Source: Eledone cirrhosa (Eukaryota). Taken from it: a stretch of DNA of 64,000 bases. Shown one piece after another: positions 27,086 to 41,306 of this stretch. The position numbers were made by a program, and so were the translations under genes. The stretch is taken from the NCBI GenBank assembly GCA_964016885.1, contig OZ024747.1:64790001-64854000 (forward strand). Reading direction: 5' to 3'. How positions within the stretch are numbered: the first letter of the stretch is position 1; each line of letters starts with the position of its first letter. The notes under the pieces were generated by a model. That model saw nothing but the letters and a program-made list of their open reading frames with translations. It ran no database searches and was not told the origin of the DNA.

Positions 27086-29425
27086 ATTTCTTCAGTATGG
27101 AAGCAGCAACAAACTGCATATAATAAACTACAAACATCCATCAGAAAGGGATTTCAGGAGAGATAAATAAATACCAAAAAGATAATAAATGCGAACCTCT
27201 GGTATTTTTTCTGTAACACTGCTTTCAGAATCCGCTTAACAATAATATTGATTTCTCACATTCATGAAGCCACAAATATATGGACAAGACGTGTAGTCAA
27301 TTGTATGAACCTCAATATAATTTGACGTCCCATGGGATATAGAATGCTATGCAAACAGATCAGTAATTAAATAGAAAGTCGTAAAATGGAATACAATTCA
27401 TTTTCTGCATGCTTATACAATTTCATTATAATTCCATTACGTCTACTGGCATTGAGATATTGAAACGAAGCTGTTTCACACAGAAACATACAAAGAGGAA
27501 ATGAAATGTTACTACGCTCCCTTGCTCATATACTATAAATTGAAGTCCGTGGCTGATATCGTAATAGATAGAAGTGAATGTTTGCATGTACGTATGCATG
27601 TATGCTTGTATATATGTATGAACGTATGTATGTGTGCAAGTATATGTGTATCTTAGCGGGATTTGAACTCTTATTTTTAATTGGCGATTTTCTATGCTAT
27701 TTTGTACACCACATGACAAATTCTGCTAACCACCACTATGTAGTAAAGAACGTAACAATGGTTTCTTATTGACGTATAAATCCAACAGGGTTGAGTGGAG
27801 GTTATAGTCTTTTAAAAAGACCCATTATTTGACTGGTATACTATTTTATCAACACCGAAAAGGAGAAAGGCAAAATTGACTTCATTGGGATTTGAACGCA
27901 GAAAGTAAAGAGTCAAAACAGCATCTCTCTCACCATTCGCCGGGGAAACGGTTTCTCTATTTTGTCCGCCGAGGCCGCGGGGCGGCCAGCGAATGGGCCA
28001 CCATTTACTTATAATAGTGAGAGATGGGAAGAGATGGAGGCGGTGACAGTGGGGGCTTGGTTCCAATTATGTTCAGACCTGGTATATATATATACGTTTC
28101 ACGGATACACACTCACATTAAAACACATTCATGGTTTTCATTGTCACTCTATTCTTTCGTTGGTACAAAACATTCTTCCCATATAAACAGCGCAGATCCT
28201 TTTGTCAAGACCTTTTTTATCAATTCTGCCAATCCACCGCCCATAAGATTTCCAAATTTCGCCACAAGGTTAGCAATTTTGTGTGAGGAAAATGTCGACT
28301 ATTTCGGCCATATTACTTGATTTATATTTTGCTTTAGTGATCTTAGGATGGGATAAAATAAAGTAACGTAACTATACACTCCTCTTAACAAAATATTATG
28401 CATATCAATCGCCAAGTGTTAAAGAACACAATACTGAAACCAATATACATATTGGCGTTAGGGTCAGGCCCCATGCTTTGCAGTATAGCGTTACGTCCCT
28501 TTACAGTTTGAGTTTAAATCCGACCGAGGTTAACTTTGCGTTTCTTCCTTACGGGGTCGATAAATTAAAGTACCAGTAATACACTGGGATAATTGGTGGC
28601 CTTGTGTCAAAAGTAGAAACAATTATTACTGGAAAAGTTATACTGATTTCCCACGTTGCCTTCCAGCTAGAAATTTAGAGAGGCGGGGCATGTTGGTCGC
28701 TGGAATCAACCATAATACGGTTTTGATTTGGTGATCAATTTGTAGATGCTACCGCCTTGACAAATACAAACATGAATGGTGTGTAATAAATTATATTACT
28801 CTCTACCTAACCCCCATCCTCACCCCACCACCACCACCATTAACGTTTCAAACTCTCCAACGCTTTGTCGCAATGTTAATATTACAACATATATCTAATT
28901 ATGTATGTGGAGTATATTTGTGACTATCTGTCTCCATGCTTCAACTGTTTCGCTTCAATAACGCTGTGAAAATATAAATGAAGTCATAGAAAGCAAGACC
29001 CAACATTTCATTCACGGTAGAATCATTCAGTTTTTTTTTCCAATATTCAACACTTCGTATGGCTTTTTGGTAATATTCTTATAATATTTTTTTAAAGGGG
29101 TTTCTTTTAATTTCCTGTACCAAATGTGATTTACCACAAAAAACGAAACATTGCTATCTGACACAGATTTTTACACTCCAGTACATAGCATTATTTATAT
29201 TCAGGTTCCTGTAGATTATATTTGTTCTTTCAAACAATTTAATACCGCAAGCATCACGACATGTGAAAAGATAAAAAAAATACGTAAAATTTACATCACT
29301 ATACATTCCAAATAAAGATAGATGTTGTGTGTTCGCCCTTGATGTATACACATTGAAGTCTTGGAAAAAAAAACATTCATTAAGTCTTCCATATCTATAA
29401 ATGGATAATAGTTATATATATACAG

Positions 29426-29475
<50 letters not shown>

Positions 29476-29988
29476 GGTTGCGTGTGCCTGTGATGATAAC
29501 GGATTTGTGTGAACATTTGTTTATTGATGGATCGCTCGTATGAATATGGTTTGCCACTAGTATAATCAGTAGTTTGTCAGATAAAATCATGTGGGGTGCT
29601 TCATTGCGTGTGTTTATGTTCTGAGTTTAAATATTGCTATATACATTTCATTCTTCGAATATTAATAAAATAAACAGTGCGACCCATATTACTAACTATA
29701 TTCAATACGGTTGTTCGTCCCATAGTCATAATCCAATAACTGAAACTATTATAAAATATTATATATAACATATAAGTAGAATGACATTATGTAAACCGTC
29801 CCTACTTCCTTACGAATGTAAAATGAGACTTGGCGCTGATTTAGATGAATTTGCAAGGAGGAAGTTCCGCAATGTTCAAACACATTTGGTCCGTTAGAAA
29901 TTAATATGTATCATGACATACGTTCATCTGATAGTCATTGTTATAAAACTCATGTCTTGATATTTAGTTTCTAAAGATATTAATATTA

Positions 29989-30182
29989 GGGCGGTAGATT
30001 GGCAGTATCGTTAGAGGGTCGGACGTCATGCTTTGCAGCATAGAATTACGTCTTTTACTGTCTGAGTTCAAATCCCGCCCAGGTTAAATTTGCCTTTCAT
30101 CCTTACGGGGTCGAAAAATAAGGCGCCAGTAATGCACTGGGGTGATTGCCGGCCTTGTGCCAAAAGTAGAAACAATTATTAT
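29989..30182 (+). mobile_element. tRNA-derived SINE, full length
   Basis: GGGCGGTAGATTGGCAGTATCG ... GAGTTCAAATCC ... AGTAGAAACAATTATT. Confidence 0.85.
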
Positions 30183-30859
30183 TAGTATTATTTTCAGATC
30201 GCTAGTAACTTTCAGAAGCATTCATCTTGCTTTCTCTTATATATATATATATATATATATTATTTTTACATGTTATATATTTGTGAGTATCTTGTAAGAA
30301 GTATATCAATATGGTAATTAATTTATATTACAAAGGCTAATAGGTTTTTGGCCTTTTTACCCATCTTAATGATTCAAATATGGAAATTGGGAAATTTAAA
30401 GTTAATCTCTCTCTAAATCAAACAGTGAACTGATTCCGTCTAAATTAACAGCTAGGAATTCCCGTTCATTTTAATTGTTTATCGACTATTAGGCATATGC
30501 GATGGAACATATTTGACCGTATTAATCACCTAATCTTCCTAAAGGTTATATTCACCCAATTTATCATATGTGCAATTTATAAGCAAATATTCGCTTAAAT
30601 ACGATTTGAATGCTTTCAATAAGATTGGGATCTGTCAAAGAAATTAGGAATTATTGATAGTGATGCTATAAATGATAATATGGGAACATATGTCCATTAA
30701 AGCTTTCTAATGGTTAAATCATACGATGTATGTGGTCAGTTATTGCTGTACAAGTAATGTCTCAATCATTTTGGCACTATCGATAAAATTCTTTCTGTTT
30801 TCACTTTGGTAGAGCTCTTTGAAGAGTGAATTAGAATTAGAATTAATGCCACTCATACT

Positions 30860-31640
30860 TTTACTAATTACGCTAATGACACAAACTATGCACGTTTCTA
30901 ATTAATCCAAACATTAATTGATGCTGACTTGCGTGGTTCTTACACGAGGAGTAATCCCGGAATATCCGCTATTCGTATTTTTCAAATTTATATATGGCGA
31001 TGGTTCAGAAACATCGGTAAAGAATTAAACAAAATAACTTCATACGTTCCCAGCGTAAATTTCATTGAGGCAAAATTTTCTTTGCATGCTTCCTGGATTG
31101 ATATAATAACGTACCACTTATGTCCATGGGGTCAGCTGACAGTGAGGAAGATATGCCACCGGACATGATATACCAGTATCGGTTGCTAGAATTAGTGCCG
31201 AAAGAAAAAGTAACTGATGAAGAGTGACAACTAAGAATATTATTCTGAATTCAGGATCAGCTATAATACAAATCAACAATACAACATGGTGTCCAATGGC
31301 ATTTCACATATAGTTACGTTATTCAAACGAATTTACAATCCTTCAGGTGGGGTGATACCAATAACCTAAGGGTCTTCTTTCCTCAGAAAATGCAAAATGA
31401 GGGAAGATCCAACATATTACCACCAAATCATTAACAACGCGAATACAATTTTCAATCACCGAATGGAGTCTGTTCAAAATATATACGAATACTCAGAAAA
31501 ATACTCTCAGCTATTTATTACACTATCCTGAATGTACCTTGATGGGAAGAGGATTTTTAAATATAGGACAAACCACGCAAGGGCTCGTGAGAAATTTGGA
31601 GACCTAAGTTCTCATTTACGCCCTTCCAAAATGGCCACCC
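30860..31640 (+). pseudogene. Ancient decayed Penelope-like RT/EN relic
   Basis: Ordered remnants NYANDT (YxDD-like), PSVNFIE..FLD and IGQT (GIY-YIG-like). Confidence 0.35.
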
Positions 31641-31910
31641 ACATAACTATATATAATTCTGAGAATATATTTATAGTAACTTTTTTACTTACCGATTGAA
31701 AAATATTAAAACTTAGAAAAATATTTAAAATATTTAAAAAAACTTAGAAAAATATTAAAACTTAATTTTCTAAACAGATTCAATGCTACGCCATTTTTAT
31801 AATGGTATACATACATAGATGATGGTTGCCCCCTCGTTATCGAGTATGGCCATTGCAAGAGGAGAACAAAAAATTTTAATAAATAAATAAAAAAGAAAAT
31901 TAAAAAAAAG

Positions 31911-31943
<33 letters not shown>

Positions 31944-32124
31944 TACATATACATATATACGCACACATATATATACACACACACATATACATTAATAACA
32001 ATAATAATAATAATAATAACAACAACAATAATAATAACGACAACAACAATAATAATATACATATACATATATATATACACATACACGCACACACATAAGC
32101 ATATCTACACACACACGATAGCAA

Positions 32125-32545
32125 CTAACAGCGCTGCGATCCAATGTGGCTTTTTAGCCCAGCCAATGATCTAAAATGTCTTGCACAGAGTCGGCAACCA
32201 AAACATTCACTGGGAATAGTCGGCTGTGGTTGGAGTCCGTGTACTTTTGCATGTCGCTTGAGCCCTCCTGCGGATTTACATTCTCTACCACATGTTTGGC
32301 AAGCATGATGAGTAGCATCTCCAACAGCAGCCTGGTAGTCAACCACTGGTCTTACTTTATGACTGCAAAGATGACCCTCGAGTCCAGCTTTGCTTAGTAT
32401 GTGCTGGACTCGAGGGTCATCTTCGCACATACGCTGCATGTCAGCACCATAGGAGGACCCTCGCCGTCTGGAAGTGCAACAGCAATGCCCTTCCTCACAT
32501 ACATACATACATACATACATACATACATACATACATACATACATA
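32125..32545. mobile_element. LINE (RTE-like) 3' end with C2H2-like repeats, internal inversion and (CATA)n tail
   Basis: Minus-strand CQTCGRECKSAGGLKRHAKVH and CRLCARHFRSLAGLKSH; inverted repeat 32364-32388/32403-32427. Confidence 0.55.
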
Positions 32546-32546
32546 C

Positions 32547-32603
<57 letters not shown>

Positions 32604-33869
32604 AACAATGCACACAGATACACCGCCACACACACACATATAAATATGTATATGTGTGTCTGTCTGTCTGTCTGTCTGTGTGTCTGTGTGTGTGTGTGTG
32701 TGATATATATAGTGATTTATGGCATTAGCTCAGAAATGATATTGTATTATCATTAAATGGAGACGAAGTGTATGCGAAATGAAATACATCATTTCAATAT
32801 AGGAACATTTAAATAGAGAGAATTCTTCCCAAAGCTTAATGGATCTTTTCAAACTAAAAATGTTTATAAAATCCACTTTCAGCTAAGAATATATTCATTG
32901 AAACGAATTCTAAGACATGGGTTTTGGTGGTTTGTAGAGTTGGGAATATTTCCATAAAATATATTTTCTAAGGAAAATGGAAGCTTTTGATTATTTCGTA
33001 TAGCTTCCTTCTTATTAAATGTTTTTTCTGAGAAAACTTTACGGAAGCTTATTTTCCTGTAATATCATAATTTAGTTTAGCTGAGAGAACAACAAAAAAA
33101 TGCCATCCCAAATTGAAACACGTGGGGAGAAGCAAGTTTAAAATAATGATGTAGTAAGACACGAGCGATATAGAAATTTTTTCTATAAAATAAAGAATCG
33201 TTATCCAGAACATGAAATCTTTCCATGATTTATGTTTATTGTACTCTTTAATTTTAACTTATAAATCACTCCGTTATCTTCACTTGTACCGATTTAATCA
33301 GGTTTATAGAAAGTTTCAAAAGAATATATTTTATAAAGCATCCGTATTAAGTTATATTTTTTTACATGTGAGAGATTCGATAAAATTGACGTCGATTCAC
33401 TGTAAATATGAGGTCAGTTATAATTAACTTCATATATTAAAGAAATATTTAACAGCTTGTTATTATTATCTTTTAGAAGATAAAATATATTTTCAATTAA
33501 AATAAATTTATCTATCGTATAATCATTTTGACTCTTCGGTTTTCTATATGGTTGGCGCCAGCTGACGAATTGTTTCTTTAAAATACATTATCGTTTATTT
33601 AGGATTCCCCTGTTATGTACTGAAATCTAATTGCTGATTGCAATAATCGACGCTTATCATCATAAAATATTTTATTTCTAGTTACTAATTAATTTTTGCT
33701 GAGGCTGTATTAATTAGAAAAATTCAAGCTGAAGCACAAAAAGTGAAATTCTTTTAAATTCTCTATGAAAGTAATGTTGATATCAACATCTTGTAAAATG
33801 TGTAATGTTTCCGTCTCCAAATTGAACTGTAAATAGATTATATATCACTACAGTCAGATTAGGCGTCAT

Positions 33870-34478
33870 ATCAAAACCTACAGTTGTTGGATCAGTTGGT
33901 TGGAATCTGCAGAGGACACGGTACTACTTATCTGGTCGAAAGGTGATCTCCAACAAGTAGGCTTGCTGCCATGTGCTGCATCGCAGGAATTAAAATCAGT
34001 GCTGCGAAGTCTGAAACACTCGCAGCGTACTTTGCATGTGAGTAGAGATTCATTGAAGCAGGTGGAAAAGTTCAATTTCACGTGTAATGAAAGGCAGGAA
34101 GCTGAATGACACGCAAAAATCGTTGGAAATGGTGAAGTAATGCCCCAGGATCAGCACTTGGTCATCAAAAGCAGCGAGGTGGGCAAAAGCCAATCCATGA
34201 AGCCGCTATTTCTCCGAATCGAGAGATGACATTTTCAGTACGACAGAGATATGGGGTTAATTGCCGAAAGAAAGATATTCCGGAGAAGGTCAACAGGCAG
34301 GAGATTCACTTATAGACCACGAGCGACATGTTTGGATATCATCCACGAGCTCGGGTGCCTTTGGTTGAGAATCCAACAGGATCCTTTGGAGAGAGTTGCT
34401 TCTAATAGGACCGTCTGCCTCCCACTATCTTACCACCAAGAAGAAGAAGAAGAAGAAGAAGAAGAAGAAGAAGAAGAG
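33870..34478 (+). pseudogene. Possible decayed CRE-type non-LTR element C-terminal region with (GAA)n
   Basis: LLIWSKG and IHELG...QDPLER resemble the CRE endonuclease region. Confidence 0.3.
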
Positions 34479-34803
34479 AAACACAACAACAGCAGATGTC
34501 TATGGGAAATTCAAGGTTATTGCCATTTTATTTTGGGTTTAAGATGGATATACAAAATAGAAATACTTCCATTGTTTATGGGTTAGTAGGGTTGTTGGTA
34601 TTTATTACCGTAACTTTCCCTAACTCACAGAACAGAAATTACAAACAGGAAAGATAACCTACTGATATCAGTTAGCAGAAGTCATATACTACTTGGTCTC
34701 TTTAAACGAACTACAAGAGGGAGTAACATGACAAATGAAAACGATTTATGAAAACAAGGAAAAGAAATTAGTTCAGATAAAATAAAATATATATATGTGT
34801 GCG

Positions 34804-34845
<42 letters not shown>

Positions 34846-34976
34846 TTTGTGTGTGTGTGTGTGGTTAGATAGATAGATAGATAGATACATAGATACATAG
34901 ATAGATAGGTAGATAGATACATAGATAGATATACATACATACATACATACATACATACATACATACATACATACAT

Positions 34977-35009
<33 letters not shown>

Positions 35010-35029
35010 TTTATATAAATTATATATAT

Positions 35030-35400
35030 GTCTCCAAATACCACAAAAGGCAATATAGAATTGATCGATCCGACAAAATTACCATTTTGCTTGGGAATTA
35101 CTTTAGTATTATTATGTAATGATCCAAATAATCATGAAGTTGTGCTGGCTGACAAAATATACATATATGAACAGTTGTACAACATTGTAGACATGTGTAT
35201 TTGGCAAGTATACAACATCATTTGAAATAGCAAAACCTGAAAGATGCGAAGGGTTAATTCTAATATAAGGAACGTCCATTGGAATGAGGTTTACTTTGTG
35301 ATTCAAACCTATAACAATGCCAATATATCTAATGACTTTGTTTCCTACGAAAGAAAAATTCTGAAATCTATAAAGCATACTGTAAAGGCTGGCAAATATT
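35030..35400 (+). pseudogene. Possible decayed piggyBac-like transposase fragment
   Basis: LGITLVLL..NNHEVVLADKIY resembles the V.FDN.FT catalytic region; internal stops. Confidence 0.3.
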
Positions 35401-35649
35401 GAGTAATTTATTATTCTACACTGCTATATACGTTATTGGCAATGTTCGTAGAATACATAAACTAAATGAAATAGAAAATAGCATAGAACATGACGAGAAA
35501 TTTAGATTTTCTTCTCCAGTGAGGTAATAAAAGCTTTGAAAATATCACGTCGTAAATATAAATTTCAATAAGCTGTTTTTAACACCATGGGCATTTTATA
35601 GCCACCATTGTGGATGTGTAGGTGACATGTTCGATACCATCACGTGGAA

Positions 35650-35712
<63 letters not shown>

Positions 35713-35715
<3 letters not shown>

Positions 35716-35827
35716 TTGAAAAAAAATGAAAACGAAATTTCATTTCTCACTCTTAGTATGGCACTTACTTAAATGTAAGTATGTATGTATACGTACATAC
35801 ATATATGTATACAGACGTACAGTAGCA

Positions 35828-35886
<59 letters not shown>

Positions 35887-36324
35887 GCATACAGGTACAC
35901 ATACATATATGCACGCATTAGTTTAGCCGACGTTTATTATAACGCCGCTTTGTTCGTTTGTTTGTCAACAAACCGAACACCCTGAATTTATGCCATACGG
36001 TGTTAAGGCAACCACGTCACCTTTTTGTTCAACACTGACACAGGAACGATGTACTAGTTTCAAGCTTGTTAGCTATCATCAGCACCGTTTACCCATCTGC
36101 CAGATAGTTGAACGTTCGAAAGTATATACTTTCCTTATGAAAATTAACGGCTGAGCAGCCTAATTTGCATATTGAGTGAGTTAAATCGGTCAGGCATACC
36201 GAAAACGATAAGTTGAAAAAAAATGAAAACGAAATTTCATTTCTCACTCTTAGTATGGCACTTACTTAAATGAAAGTATGTATGTATACGTACATACATA
36301 TATGTATACAGACGTACAGTAGCA

Positions 36325-36381
<57 letters not shown>

Positions 36382-36737
36382 GCATACAGGTACACATACA
36401 TATATGCACGCATCAGTTTAGCCGACGTTTATTATAACGCCGCTTTGTTCGTTTGTTTGTCAACAAACCGAACAGCCTGAATTTATACACTGACACAGGA
36501 ACGTTCGACCGTTCAACTATCTGGCAGATGGGTAAACGGTGCTGATGATAGCTAACAAGCTTGAAACTAGTACATCGTTCCTGTGTCAGTGTTGAACAAA
36601 AAGGTGACGTGTATGCCTTAACACCGTATGGCATAAATTCGGGCTGTTCGGTTTGTTGACAAACAAACGAACAAAGCGGCGTTATAATAAACGTCGGCTA
36701 AACTGATGCGTGCATATATGTATGTGTACCTGTATGC

Positions 36738-36820
<83 letters not shown>

Positions 36821-37258
36821 TGCTACTGTACGTCTGTATACATATATGTATGTACGTATACATACATACTTACATTTAAGTAAGTGCCATACTAAGAGTG
36901 AGAAATGAAATTTCGTTTTCATTTTTTTTCAACTTATCGTTTTCCGTATGCCTGACCGATTTAACTCACTCAATATGTAAATTAGGCTGCTCAGCCGTTA
37001 ATTTTCATAAGGAAAGTATATACTTTCGAACGTTCAACTATCTGGCAGATGGGTAAACGGTCTTGATGATAGCTAACAAGCTTGAAACTAGTACATCGTT
37101 CCTGTGTCAGTGTTGAACAAAAAGGTGACGTGGTTTCCTTAACACCGTATGGCATGAATTCAGGCTGTTCGGTTTGTTGACAAACAAACGAACAAAGCGG
37201 CGTTATAATAAACGTCGGCTAAACTGATGCGTGCATATATGTATGTGTACCTGTATGC

Positions 37259-37299
<41 letters not shown>

Positions 37300-37350
37300 T
37301 GCTACTGTACGTCTGTATACATATATGTATGTACGTATACATACATACTT

Positions 37351-37353
<3 letters not shown>
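35713..37353. mobile_element. ~500-bp hammerhead-bearing unit with internal (TA)n; ~1.55 copies (minus) head-to-head with ~1.65 copies (plus)
   Basis: AAGTTGAAAAAAAATGAAAACG at 35713 and 36210; reverse-complement arm from ~36503; (TA)n at both outer ends. Confidence 0.9.
36535..36579 (+). ncRNA. Type I hammerhead (mirror 36045-36089 minus; core-mutated copy at ~37056-37100)
   Basis: AACGGTG CTGATGA tAGCT-AACA-AGCTt GAA ACTAGT A CATCGTT; palindromic stem III, GUA site. Confidence 0.9.
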
Positions 37354-37433
<80 letters not shown>

Positions 37434-37438
37434 TATAA

Positions 37439-37628
37439 GGGCGGTGGATTGGCAGTATCGGTAGAGAGTCGGACGCCATGCTTTCCGGCGTAGTTACGTC
37501 CCTTTACGGTCTGAGTTCAAATCCCGCCGAGGTTGACTTTACCTTTCATCCTTACGGGGTCGATAAAATAAAGCACCAGTAATGCACTGGGTAATTGCTG
37601 GCCTCGTGCCAAAAGTAGAAACAAATAT
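37439..37628 (+). mobile_element. tRNA-derived SINE, full length
   Basis: Family consensus motifs. Confidence 0.85.
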
Positions 37629-37919
37629 TTGATGAACATTTACATGTTTTAGTTGCAATTGACTAATAAAATCGCTAGAATGAAATATCTTAATTCAAAA
37701 ACATAAAGTTTGCCTGTACGATCTAAAAAATAATAAATCAATACCCACAGACTCATATGGGCAAAAAGCCTTGGTACCTAGACACGTTTAAAATTCAAAA
37801 TACAAACTTTTTCCGCAGATCGGTCAGAACTTCAAACTTCAAACATGTATGACCCCATTGAGTCTAAACTCTAAGCTATTTATATATATATATATATACA
37901 TACATATATACATACATAC

Positions 37920-38095
37920 CTATGGCTTATACCTGAGTAGAACTGTTTCATTCAAAACAAATCATCTTCCTGATGATTTCTTTTCAGTGAAACAGTTCTA
38001 TTGCTGTAAAATCCGTTTCTATATGAAACTTGATTAATGTTTACCCACTACTAATGCATTGGGAAATTTAGTAACTGTGGTTACCCCCGATTAAA
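37920..38095. mobile_element. Diverged head-to-head hammerhead element (family of 10046-10208)
   Basis: TAGAACTGTTTCA...CTGATGA TTTCTTTTCAGT GAAACAGTTCTA; tail ACTGTGGTTACCCCCGATT. Confidence 0.65.
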
Positions 38096-38834
38096 CACAC
38101 ACACACTCTTTTAAGTTGTGAAATAGACTGTTATCTACGCACGCGGCTGACACATTTCAGCTCGCTACTATATTGCTATATAATGGATGATCGCATTTAA
38201 AGTTAAAGTCCGTTAAAGGTTCTTGGTAATACCATTGTAACCATCACCTTCCTCTAGCCATGGGGCTTGGAGACATGAACCGAATGCTACCATCTATTTT
38301 ATATCAATGTGAAATACTATTTCTAATGGCCATCTTTTCACACCTTGATAATTTGTGTGTGAGACACGTTGGCTGAGGGCTTCTGACAGGAACAAAAAGA
38401 TTGATTCTTTTTAGCTTCCCGTCCCCACGTAAAATTTGTAAATCAGTGGCTAGGTGAGAAATAGAGTCTTATCGGATGCCAGTTGCTAATAGCTTTACCG
38501 TGTCAGTCGTCACAAACAGTCATGGCCGGCATAGACTGGTCTTAGGATTCTGTAGATCGATTGGTTATTGATTAGCCGATACCCGCTGATGAAGCCGCAT
38601 AAACCGATTGTGCATTGTTGCATAATATATGCAGACATATGGTGTAGTGCACCTTACTGCTGCATTAGTGCGGCAGAAACTCAGTCTGGAAACCTTATAG
38701 GCACCCGTTTTACGTGTGCTGTGTTGAAGCAAATAACTATGTGTATACTCTGGGAATGTATCTTACATTGCCCATGGAGTACGCTGAGATACAACTGGTA
38801 CTGGCATTGATAAATATGCTGGGTCCGTCAACCC

Positions 38835-38885
<51 letters not shown>

Positions 38886-38949
38886 TATAGTATATTTCTT
38901 TTCAACATGTTATCGTTGGTTGGGTTGGTTTTCAATCCCGCATATGGCT

Positions 38950-40520
38950 TAGACTGTGCCTTTGCACTTCAGTATGTCAGACATTCATTCAGGCACATAT
39001 AAAACAAAGATGGCCGACGGTATTTATATGAGATCTCGTTCATTTAAAGGGGGATAATACTATGCCTTAATTAATCTTTTGATTTTTCTTATTCGCGTGG
39101 GGGTAACTCTCATGTTGTGCTTACTATGCATATTATCATTACGAGTATATTAAGATCTCTTTGCGAAACGTAATATATGTGTTTGTGTATGAAACTATAC
39201 GTATCCTGGTGTATAGTTATTTAATATGGTCTATGTTCATGTTGGGGCATTTTCTAAATATCTCATTTTTATTATTCAGATATTGTGTGGAGGACTTGAA
39301 ATCCTACTATATTTAATATTTTTCACCAATAAAAGTAAACACGTTTTGGTTTCCTTTAATCAACGGCTTAATTACCTCCAAGATGCCCCATTCTATCTTG
39401 TATGGCATGTTCTTGTATTTAAGTTCTCACACTCGTGTGGCCTGAACAGATGTCTCGCATGGATATATTTTACATAACATTGATTTTAATTTAGCGTTTG
39501 TCATATATAAAGTTATATCTAACGCTTTATCTATTTACCTTGGAATAGATCTTGCTTTGTAGCATATGTTTCACATAAAATGAACTGTCATTGTATAGAC
39601 ATTGATTTTATAGTGTTGACAAACTCTATAAATATGTGCATATTTGCTGTACTTTATATATTTCACATAAAATTGACTGTCACTGTATAAACATTATTCG
39701 TGAATTTGTAGTATTTCCATCTTTATATTTTTACATAAATTTCTTACATTGCCATTTGCGAATGGAAACCACACCTTTCTATAAGCTGTCGCATAATACA
39801 TCTAATTTCTGATTTATAATTATTTTAAGAAATGCTATTTGTCATTTTATAATTTCCATATATCATTATAAAACATATTCATCGTTGTAAATCTGTTTTT
39901 GTATGACATTTTAGTAAAGTATTTCAGAAAGTTTTAGAACTTTTTCTTGATATTGCTGGGAATGTGAAAACAATGGAATAAAAAGCAATAATCCAATTCA
40001 TCAGAATATTTGATCCCACCTAATTACAGAGTCTTGCTGCGATGCCGTTCATTATTCACAACATTCATCGATTTTATATCAATTGAAATTAGTCAGGTAT
40101 TATCATAGATCTCGCCAGGACGTTCATACATGGCAATTTTAAATTGATTCCTAATTATTGTTTCCTTTTATTCAGATTCAATCCAGTTAATAAAACACAA
40201 TCACACGGCACTTTCAATATATATTACTTGTTTCTATTTGAGTGAAAGTGCGTTAATTCGATCCACGACATTTTGAATAATATCGTCCAATATCCTGAGT
40301 AATAACATCATTTTATATCGGTGTATTTCTATGGTGATACTATTCACCACTTAGCAAACTGTTGAAGTTCAGCGACGTTGAATAAATATTTACTGTTCAT
40401 CAAATATATTTCATGTAAAATAATTCCTCCCACGACGTATAATAGAAGGGTTCTCAGCTTATGGAAATATTTCCTCAACACCAGACCTGTCTTATGTAGT
40501 CAATTAGTCTTCCCGTCTCA
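38950..40520 (-). pseudogene. Ancient decayed Penelope-like relic
   Basis: Minus-strand remnants in the expected order: [17 protein letters not shown], then KYI..ET-like endonuclease remnant near 39450. Confidence 0.35.
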
Positions 40521-40653
40521 TTCTTTCATCCAATATATATATAGAGAGAGGGAGAAACACACACACATACATACATACATATATATATATGTATATATAT
40601 ATGTATATATATGTATATATATATTTATTCATATATATGTATATATATGTATA

Positions 40654-40791
<138 letters not shown>

Positions 40792-41306
40792 CCATAGAAT
40801 GTATTTCTATACATGTGTGTGTGTGTGTGTGGTGTCTGTGTGTGTATTCCTTAACATTACTATATTAACCACTCTATTTAGTTAAGGTATTGCGGACAGA
40901 ATATTTGAACTGAGACTTGATGTCAAATATTTCAACACAATATTGTATACAGTCATATATTGTATACAGTCCTAAATTAATTTTCCATCCATAATTTCCA
41001 GCATGTTCCCTTTTATATGACACAGGCCATAAAACATGTTGTAAACATTGGCCTTTCATAGTGAATACATAATTAATTCATATAATCAACGCACTCGGGT
41101 TTATATTCATCCGTGAAAAGAAAATTTTTACCATAAGAGATAGAGATAATGATGGCTATTAATGTAATATATTTCTTATTTGTATTAGAAAGTGCAACGC
41201 TTTTTTCGGCAGTGGATTTCTTTTCCTTTTTAATTCGTGTTCAATATTAATCTGACCAAAAATTGTATGTCTATACATGCGTTTATATATATATATACAT
41301 GAATTA

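Noticed and set aside
37439-37530. tRNA gene call for A/B-box sequences
   Set aside because: These are SINE heads fused to a repeated body; no complete cloverleaf
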